Below, one piece after another: positions 57,443-64,000 of a stretch of DNA of 64,000 nucleotides. The stretch is taken from positions 1 through 64,000 of the forward strand of contig JAYKHR010000174.1 in assembly GCA_035285125.1 (NCBI GenBank). The letters are read 5' to 3'. The position numbers were made by a program, and so were the translations under genes. Position 1 is the stretch's first letter, and every line of letters begins with the position of its first letter. The notes below the pieces were generated by a model. It was not told the DNA's origin. It was given only the letters and a program-made list of their open reading frames with translations, and did not search any database. This DNA is from Candidatus Sericytochromatia bacterium (GTDB taxonomy: Bacteria > Cyanobacteriota > Sericytochromatia > S15B-MN24 > JAQBPE01).

Positions 57443-60400
57443 GCCTGCCGTGGGTTCCGATCGCGATCGTCGGCGCGGGCGGGGTCTTTCCCGACGCCCC
57501 CGGGCTTGACGCGCTCTGGGCCAACGTCCTCGCCGGGCGCTCGGCTGCAGGCCCCGTGCCGCCGGGGCGCTGGATCTTGCCGCCCGACGAGATCGTCGAC
57601 AGCACGCCGGGGGCCCCCGACCGTGTGGCGAGCAACCGGGCCTGCCTCATCCACGGGGCGCCGACCGCAGCGGGCCCCGTGCCCCCTGTCTTGGAGGGGC
57701 TAGACCCCCTGTACCTGCTCGGCTGGGAGGCCGCTCGCCAGGCCTGGCAGGGGGTGCGTGCCGCCGGCCTGGATCGTCGCCGCGTCGGGCTGGTGATGGG
57801 CAACATCGTCTTGCCGGACACCGCCGCCGCTGAGGATGCCGTGGCCCTTCTCGATGAGGCCGGCACCCTTCGCCCTGCCTCGTATCGCGGGGCAGGCCTG
57901 CCCGCAGGGCTCATTGCCCGCCTGCTCGGCTTCGGGCTGGGCGGCGTCGCGCTCGATGCCGCGTGTGCCTCGTCGCTCTATGCCATCAAGCTCGCCTGCG
58001 CCGAGCTCGCGGCGGGCCGGGCCGACGCCATGGTCGCAGGGGGGCTGTCGCGGCCTGACAGCCTGTACACCCAGATGGGCTTCTCCCAGCTGCGGGCGCT
58101 GTCACCTACGGGGCGGAGCGCCCCCTTCGACGCCGCTGGGGATGGCCTTGTGGTCGGGGAGGGCGCCGGGATGGTGGCCCTCAAGCGGCTGGCCGATGCG
58201 GAGCGCGATGGGGATTCCATCTGGGGCGTCATTCGCGGCATCGGCACCTCCAACGACCTGGAGGGGAGCCTGCTTGCGCCCCATTCCGAGGGGCAGCTGC
58301 GGGCGATGAGAGAGGCCTACAGGCTGGCCGGGTGGGTCCCGGGAGAGGTTGACCTCGTCGAGTGCCACGCCACGGGCACGCCGCGCGGGGACGCCGTCGA
58401 GGTGGCCAGCCTGCGGGCATTGCGCGAGGGGCACACGGCGCCTTGCGTCATCGGCTCCGTCAAGTCGAACCTGGGCCACCTGCTGACCGCGGCCGGCTCA
58501 GCTGGTCTCATCAAGGCCCTGCTAGCCCTGAGGTCCCGTGTGCTGCCTCCCACGGCCAACTTCCGCGCCGCGCCGGAGGGATGGGGCCTCGACGAGGCGG
58601 GCCTGCGGGTGTTGATGGCGCCGGAGCCCTGGCCGGAGCCGGACGGGCGGCCGCGTCGCGCCGCCGTGAGCGCCTTCGGGTTCGGCGGGATCAACGCCCA
58701 CGTGCTGCTCGAAGAGCATGTGCCGGGTCGCTCCACGGGGCTCGGGGAACCGCTGCCGCGGCCCGAACGCGTCGCGATAGTGGGCCTTGGCGCCAGGTAT
58801 GGGGCGCTCGCAGACGCTGACGCCTTCCGGGAGGCGACGCTGGCGGGTGACGACGCGGCGCGGGCGCCGCGGGTGGAGGCGGCCGATCGGGCGGGCTTCA
58901 GGGGCAGGCTCCTGCCGCAGGTGCAGGGCGCCTACATGCCCGCCGACGTACCGGTGCCGCTCGGGGCCTTCCGTGTCCCACCGCGCGAGTGGACCGACTG
59001 GTTGCCCCAACAGGCCTTGACCCTGCTGGCGTGTGACGAAGCCTTGCGGGACGTCAGCGATGCCTGGGCGGATCGCACCCGGCGCCACCCCCGGGCCGGC
59101 GCCTACGTGGGCATCACGCTCGACCCGCGCACGACGGACTGGCACCGGCGCTGGCGGCGCCTGGCCCGGCAAGAGGGTTCGACGGTGCCTCCGCTCACGG
59201 CCGAACGCACGCTCGGGGCGCTGGGCGGGATGGTAGCCAGCCGGCTGGCCCGAGAGTTCCGCTTCGGCGGCCCCACCCACACCGTGCAGGCTGAGGAGGC
59301 CGCGGCCATGCGGGCGCTGGAGGTCGGCGTCAGGGCCCTGCAGCGGGGTGAGGTCGATCTCGCCCTCGTCGCTGCCGTCGACCTGCCGGGCGACGGCCGC
59401 GTTCTCGTCGCGCGGTCGCGGGAGGGTTGCCCCCTGCCGACCGGGGAGGGGGCTGGCGCGGTGGTGCTCAAGCGCCTCTCGGACGCCGAGCGAGACGGGG
59501 ACCGGATCTACGCCGTCATCGACGGGTTGGCCTCTTGCGGAGCCCTGGCGGCCGCGGCGTCCACCGAAGCGCCGGATGCCGCCACCATCTCCCAGGCCAT
59601 CCAGGGCGCGTGGGGCGAGGCGGGGGCGGCGCCGCAGGGGGCCGGCCTGCTGGAGCTCGACGGGCTGGATGACGAGGCCGAACGGGAGGCCGTGGCCCGC
59701 GTCTGGGGTCAGGGGCCTGCGGTCACGGCGCTGGGGCGGGTGGCCCAGGCCGTGGGGCGGTCGGGCGCGGCCGGGGGCATGGCCAGCCTGCTGCGGGCCT
59801 GCCTCTCGCTGTACCACGAGATCCTCCCTGCCTGGAGCTTGCAGGAGGGGGACGAAGCGCCTGCCTCGTCGCTGCACCTGCCGCGCGTCTCCCAGTACTG
59901 GTTCCGGGACCGTGGCGCGGGCCCGCGTCGTGCCGGTGTCAACCTGCTCGGCCGGGATGGCACGGCCTGCCACGTGGTGCTTTCAGCGCCCGAAGCCCAG
60001 CCCAGCCGGGCCCGTGAGCGGGCGAGCCGCGAGCGCCATCGTCCCCTCGGGCGGCCCAGGCAAGGTCTCTTTGCGCTGGCCGCCCCCGATCGGGACGGCC
60101 TGGCGGCGCAGCTCGACGCCCTGCAGGCGACCGCTGTCGCGGCGCCCCAAGCCGGGGGCTCGGAGCTTGCCGAGCGCTGGTGGCGGTCCCAGGGCGTCGG
60201 CACCGGCGCGCTGGGGCTTGCGCTCGTGGCGCGCGACGGGGCCGAGGTGCTCGAGCGGATCCGGGAGGCGCGGCTGGCCCTCGCGGGTGAGCGCCAGCCC
60301 GGCAGCGACACCGCCAACCCCGGGGCCAGCGTCTTCCACAGCAGCCTGCCGCTGGGGCCCGGTCCCTTGGCGTTCGTGTATCCCGGCAGCGGCAACCACT

Positions 60401-63400
60401 TCGTGGGGATGGACGCAGAGCTCTGGGCGGCGTTCCCTTGGGTGCCGCGACGCCAGGACAGCGAGACGACCACGCTGCTGAGCCAGGTGCGCCCCCACCG
60501 GACCCTGCCCTGGCGCGGGGGGTGGCCGGAGGGCTGGCAGGCCGAGGCCGACGCCGCGCTGGCGGTGGACACGCGCACCACCTTGCTCACGCAGGTGGCC
60601 CATGGGGCTCTCATGACCGACCTCGTGAGCGCCTTTGGGGTCCGTCCCCAGGCCGTGCTCGGCCTCAGCCTGGGTGAGACGGCCGGGCTGGTCGCGACGC
60701 GCGCCTGGACGGACAGGGACGAGCTGACGCGGCGCATGGTGGCAAGCAAGCTTTTCACCGTCGAGCTCGGCGGGCGCTGTGCGGCAGCGGCGCGGGCCTG
60801 GGGGTTGTCCGCCGGGGTGCCCGCCGCGTGGCGAGTCGGGGCCGTCGATCGCTCGGCAGAGGCCGTGCGGGCCGCGCTGGAGGGCCTGCCGCGCGCTTAC
60901 TTGCTGATTGTGACCGGACCGGCGGAGTGCGTGGTCGGGGGCGACCCGGGGGCGGTCGATGCGCTCGTGGGGCGGCTCGGCTGCAGCCTCGTCCCGCTGG
61001 AGGGCATCACCACGGTGCACTGCGAGGTCGCCACCCAGGTCCAGGCGTCCTACCGGGCGCTTCATGACCTCCCCACGTCGCCGCCTGCGGGCGTCGCGTT
61101 CTACAGCGGCCGCTGGGGGCACCGGTACGCCGTCGACCGGGACACGGCCGCCGACTCCATCCTGGCGCAGGCCCTGGGCACGGTGGATTACCCTGCCGTC
61201 GTGCGCGCGGCCTACGCGGACGGGGTGCGTCACTTCGTGGAGCTGGGGCCGCGCAACTCCTGCTCCCGGCTGATCCGCAACGTGCTGGGCGATGTTCCGC
61301 ACCTGGCGCGGTCTGCCTGCCAGCGCGGGCCCGAGCCCATCGGCGTGGTGCTCAGGCTGCTGGCCCATCTGCACGCTGAACGCGTGCCCATCGACCTGGC
61401 GCCCCTGTACGGCCACGAGGTGCTTGCCCCGCGTGCCCGCGTGGCCTCGTCCCACGCCCGGGTGCCCCTCCACGCCCCCCTCTTCGCGGGGGGGGAGCCC
61501 GGCTCGGCCGTCCGGCTGCCGCTCCGTCGGGGCCGCAAGGTGGCCGCTCGCGAGGGGAACGAGGCGCCTGCCGTCGCGGCGGCAGCCGTGAGTGGCAGCG
61601 TCCTTCCGTCCAAGGCTGCCTCCCCCGCAGAGCCTGCCGGTGCCCCCGGCCAAGCCTTGGCACGAGCGCTGCCGTCGGCTGTCGTTCCCCGGCGGGGCGC
61701 GGCGGTGGCTTCCGTCAGGCCCGCGGACGGCGGCCCGGGACGAGAGGACCAGCCGCCCCCGGTGGCGGTCACGCCGCCCGCGGCGCAAGACCTCCTCGCG
61801 ACCGGCTTGAGCGCCGTCGAGCTGGCGTGGGACAGGCTCCAGGCCGAGCAGGCCCGCGTGGCCCAGGAAGCCGAGGCGCTGGTGGCGTTGCTCGAGCGGC
61901 TGCTTGGCCCGGCCAATGGCGCCGCCCTGATGGGCGCGTCGACCGCTGCACCTGACCAGGTCTCTGGCAGTGCACCCGCGCCCGTTGCGTTGCCCGTGCC
62001 GTCCGCGGCGCCCGCGCCCGCTGCCGAGGCGGCGTCCGTCACCGAGGCCCCCGTCTTCCTCGACCGGGCAGGCTGCCTGGCCTATGCCAGGGGCGCCATC
62101 GGGCCCGTGCTGGGCCCCTACTTCGCCCCGATCGACGCCTTCCCGACCCGCGTGCGCCTGCCGGACGAGCCGCTGATGCTGGTGGACCGCATTCTGGCCG
62201 TCACCGGAGAGCGCGGCTCGCTGACGCACGGCACCATCGTCACCGAGCACGACGTCCGGGACGGGGCCTGGTACCTGGATGCGAACAAAATCCCGACTTG
62301 CATCGCGGTTGAGGCCGGCCAGGCGGATCTGTTCCTGTCGGGCTGGTTGGGCATCGACTTCAAGACCCGCGGGCTCGCCATGTACCGGCTGCTGGATGCC
62401 GTGGTGACCTTCCACGGCCCGCTGCCGGGACCCGGGGCGACCATCCACTACGACATCGCCATCGAGCGGTTCATGGAGCAAGGGGGCGTGACGCTCTTCT
62501 TCTTCCGCTTCGACGCCACTGTTGATGGGCAGCCGCTGCTGACGATGCGCGAGGGCTGCGCCGGCTTCTTCTCGCCGCAGCAACTCGAGGACGGTCGTGG
62601 CATCGTGTTCTCCACCCTGGAGCAGCGCCCGGTGCCGGGCCGGCTGCCACCTGGCTGGCAGCCGTTGCTTCCGACGGCCTCAGGGGGGCTCGACGACAGG
62701 CAGCTCGAGGCGCTGCGGGCCGGGGATCTCGCCGGGGCCTTCGGAGAGCCCTTCGATCGGCTGCCCTTCGCCCGGGCGGCCACCCTGCCCGGCGGCCTGA
62801 TGCGCCTCGTGGACCGCGTGACGTGCATCGAGCCTGAGGGGGGACGGCACGGGATCGGCCTGATCCGCGCCGAGCACGACGTGGTGCCCGACGCCTGGTA
62901 CCTGACGTGCCACTTTGTCGACGACCAGGTCATGCCCGGCACCCTGATGTACGAGTGCTGCATGCACACGCTCCGCATCGGCCTGATGCGCCTGGGCTGG
63001 GTTGGCCCCGAAGGTGCGGTGGCCTACGAGCCGCTGCCGGGAGCTCAGAGCCGCCTGAAGTGTCGTGGCCAGGTGCTGGCGAGCACCCGGGTCGTCACCT
63101 ACGAGATCACGCTCAAGGAACTCGGGGCCGACGCGGAGGGCACGCCCTTCGCGATCGCCGATGCGCTCATGCTGGCCGATGGCAAGCCCATCGTGCTGAT
63201 CGCCGACATGACGGTCCGCGCGACGGGCCTGCGCCTCCCGGCACTGGCGGCCATGTGGGAGGAGGCCCAGCGGCCGCGTGCCCTGCCCGTGCCGCCGGGC
63301 TGCCTGTATGGCCCGGAGCACATTCTGGCCTTTGCCGTGGGCCGTCCGTCACTGGCCTTTGGCGACCGCTACCGCGTGTTCGACGCGGAGCGCGTGATCG

Positions 63401-64000
63401 CCCGACTGCCGGGCCCCCCTTACATGTTCCTCGACCGCATCACCGCCGTGGAGGGCGAGCCGTGGGCCTGTCAGGCCGGCGCAGCCTGCGAGGCTGCCTA
63501 CGATGTGCCACCGGATGCGTGGTATTTCTCGGACGAGGGCCAGCCCACGATGCCCTTCGCCGTGTTGCTGGAGGTGGCCCTGCAGCCGTGCGGCTGGCTG
63601 GCTGCCTACGTGGGCTCGGCGCTGACGTCTCCGATCGACCTCTCCTTCCGCAACCTGGGCGGTCAGGCCGTCCAGCACCGCGTCATCGGGCCGGACATCG
63701 GCACCTTGCTCACCCGGGCGTGCCTCACCGCCGTGTCACACGCAGCGGGGATGATCATTCAGGAGTTCACCTTCGACGTGACGGCCGGTGGGGCGCCCGT
63801 CTACACGGGCACCACGACCTTCGGATTTTTCACGAAGGCCGCGCTGGCTCAGCAGGTGGGGCTGCGCGGCGTCTCCCCCTGGGAGGTGGAAGCCGGGCCC
63901 GCCTTGGCGTTCCCCCGGGAGTTCGGGCCGATGCCGCTGGGCAAGCTTGCGCTGCTCTCTGATCTCGACGTCTGGCACAAGGAGGGGGGCCGCCACGGGC
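57439..64000 (+). CDS. pfaBC: PfaBC-type PUFA synthase subunit (KS-CLF-AT-FabA-like DH domains; pfa3), truncated by window end
   Basis: ATGA overlap with pfaA. Manual translation keeps one frame: DAACASS, ECHATGT, KSNLGH, FGGINAH; CLF TVQAEEA; AT VYPGSGN and GLSLGE; DH RLPDEPLMLVDR, CHFVDDQVMPGTL, RLPGPPYMFLDR. Absent from the ORF track because no stop falls in the window. Confidence 0.93.
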   Translation, partial: MSLPWVPIAIVGAGGVFPDAPGLDALWANVLAGRSAAGPVPPGRWILPPDEIVDSTPGAPDRVASNRACLIHGAPTAAGPVPPVLEGLDPLYLLGWEAARQAWQGVRAAGLDRRRVGLVMGNIVLPDTAAAEDAVALLDEAGTLRPASYRGAGLPAGLIARLLGFGLGGVALDAACASSLYAIKLACAELAAGRADAMVAGGLSRPDSLYTQMGFSQLRALSPTGRSAPFDAAGDGLVVGEGAGMVALKRLADAERDGDSIWGVIRGIGTSNDLEGSLLAPHSEGQLRAMREAYRLAGWVPGEVDLVECHATGTPRGDAVEVASLRALREGHTAPCVIGSVKSNLGHLLTAAGSAGLIKALLALRSRVLPPTANFRAAPEGWGLDEAGLRVLMAPEPWPEPDGRPRRAAVSAFGFGGINAHVLLEEHVPGRSTGLGEPLPRPERVAIVGLGARYGALADADAFREATLAGDDAARAPRVEAADRAGFRGRLLPQVQGAYMPADVPVPLGAFRVPPREWTDWLPQQALTLLACDEALRDVSDAWADRTRRHPRAGAYVGITLDPRTTDWHRRWRRLARQEGSTVPPLTAERTLGALGGMVASRLAREFRFGGPTHTVQAEEAAAMRALEVGVRALQRGEVDLALVAAVDLPGDGRVLVARSREGCPLPTGEGAGAVVLKRLSDAERDGDRIYAVIDGLASCGALAAAASTEAPDAATISQAIQGAWGEAGAAPQGAGLLELDGLDDEAEREAVARVWGQGPAVTALGRVAQAVGRSGAAGGMASLLRACLSLYHEILPAWSLQEGDEAPASSLHLPRVSQYWFRDRGAGPRRAGVNLLGRDGTACHVVLSAPEAQPSRARERASRERHRPLGRPRQGLFALAAPDRDGLAAQLDALQATAVAAPQAGGSELAERWWRSQGVGTGALGLALVARDGAEVLERIREARLALAGERQPGSDTANPGASVFHSSLPLGPGPLAFVYPGSGNHFVGMDAELWAAFPWVPRRQDSETTTLLSQVRPHRTLPWRGGWPEGWQAEADAALAVDTRTTLLTQVAHGALMTDLVSAFGVRPQAVLGLSLGETAGLVATRAWTDRDELTRRMVASKLFTVELGGRCAAAARAWGLSAGVPAAWRVGAVDRSAEAVRAALEGLPRAYLLIVTGPAECVVGGDPGAVDALVGRLGCSLVPLEGITTVHCEVATQVQASYRALHDLPTSPPAGVAFYSGRWGHRYAVDRDTAADSILAQALGTVDYPAVVRAAYADGVRHFVELGPRNSCSRLIRNVLGDVPHLARSACQRGPEPIGVVLRLLAHLHAERVPIDLAPLYGHEVLAPRARVASSHARVPLHAPLFAGGEPGSAVRLPLRRGRKVAAREGNEAPAVAAAAVSGSVLPSKAASPAEPAGAPGQALARALPSAVVPRRGAAVASVRPADGGPGREDQPPPVAVTPPAAQDLLATGLSAVELAWDRLQAEQARVAQEAEALVALLERLLGPANGAALMGASTAAPDQVSGSAPAPVALPVPSAAPAPAAEAASVTEAPVFLDRAGCLAYARGAIGPVLGPYFAPIDAFPTRVRLPDEPLMLVDRILAVTGERGSLTHGTIVTEHDVRDGAWYLDANKIPTCIAVEAGQADLFLSGWLGIDFKTRGLAMYRLLDAVVTFHGPLPGPGATIHYDIAIERFMEQGGVTLFFFRFDATVDGQPLLTMREGCAGFFSPQQLEDGRGIVFSTLEQRPVPGRLPPGWQPLLPTASGGLDDRQLEALRAGDLAGAFGEPFDRLPFARAATLPGGLMRLVDRVTCIEPEGGRHGIGLIRAEHDVVPDAWYLTCHFVDDQVMPGTLMYECCMHTLRIGLMRLGWVGPEGAVAYEPLPGAQSRLKCRGQVLASTRVVTYEITLKELGADAEGTPFAIADALMLADGKPIVLIADMTVRATGLRLPALAAMWEEAQRPRALPVPPGCLYGPEHILAFAVGRPSLAFGDRYRVFDAERVIARLPGPPYMFLDRITAVEGEPWACQAGAACEAAYDVPPDAWYFSDEGQPTMPFAVLLEVALQPCGWLAAYVGSALTSPIDLSFRNLGGQAVQHRVIGPDIGTLLTRACLTAVSHAAGMIIQEFTFDVTAGGAPVYTGTTTFGFFTKAALAQQVGLRGVSPWEVEAGPALAFPREFGPMPLGKLALLSDLDVWHKEGGRHG

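Noticed and set aside
57439..64000. Apparent gene-free or pseudogenised region in the ORF track
   Set aside because: Manual translation shows one continuous frame with all domain motifs in register. The ORF simply has no stop codon within the window.

Overview
GC-rich bacterial chromosomal window with about 50 protein-coding genes. I found no rRNA, tRNA, CRISPR array or transposase. The host may be a non-photosynthetic relative of cyanobacteria such as Sericytochromatia, but this is a weak inference from the WYL protein type and the many orphan lipoproteins. Recognisable blocks: (i) a triple-fasciclin lipoprotein next to a translationally coupled FAD-oxidoreductase/DUF1365/Cfa-methyltransferase operon (furan-fatty-acid-like, ufaD-ufaO-ufaM type); (ii) a stand-alone BLUF protein divergent from a response regulator, an SDR and a PAS hybrid kinase; (iii) housekeeping genes (DEAD-box helicase, FKBP, PhhB, GlnS, RluA-family, PanE, TruD, PepA); (iv) many orphan lipoproteins and Pro/Ala-rich hypothetical proteins; (v) a three-gene iterative PUFA-synthase cluster (pfaD, pfaA, pfaBC; myxobacterial pfa1-2-3 layout) from 48.5 kb that runs off the right end. 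Its last gene is missing from the ORF track because no stop codon falls inside the window. The most notable unexplained signal is an 11-bp-phased TTAA-N7-TTAA element in at least nine intergenic regions, mostly upstream of envelope/exported or orphan genes, which suggests an undescribed regulon. Other candidates: a structured ~120-nt sRNA, a secreted LIM-like/DA1 peptidase, a nucleotidyltransferase-methyltransferase fusion, and a DUF4160/DUF2442-like plus MshEN-like fusion. All domain calls come from motif recognition by eye; no database searches were run.
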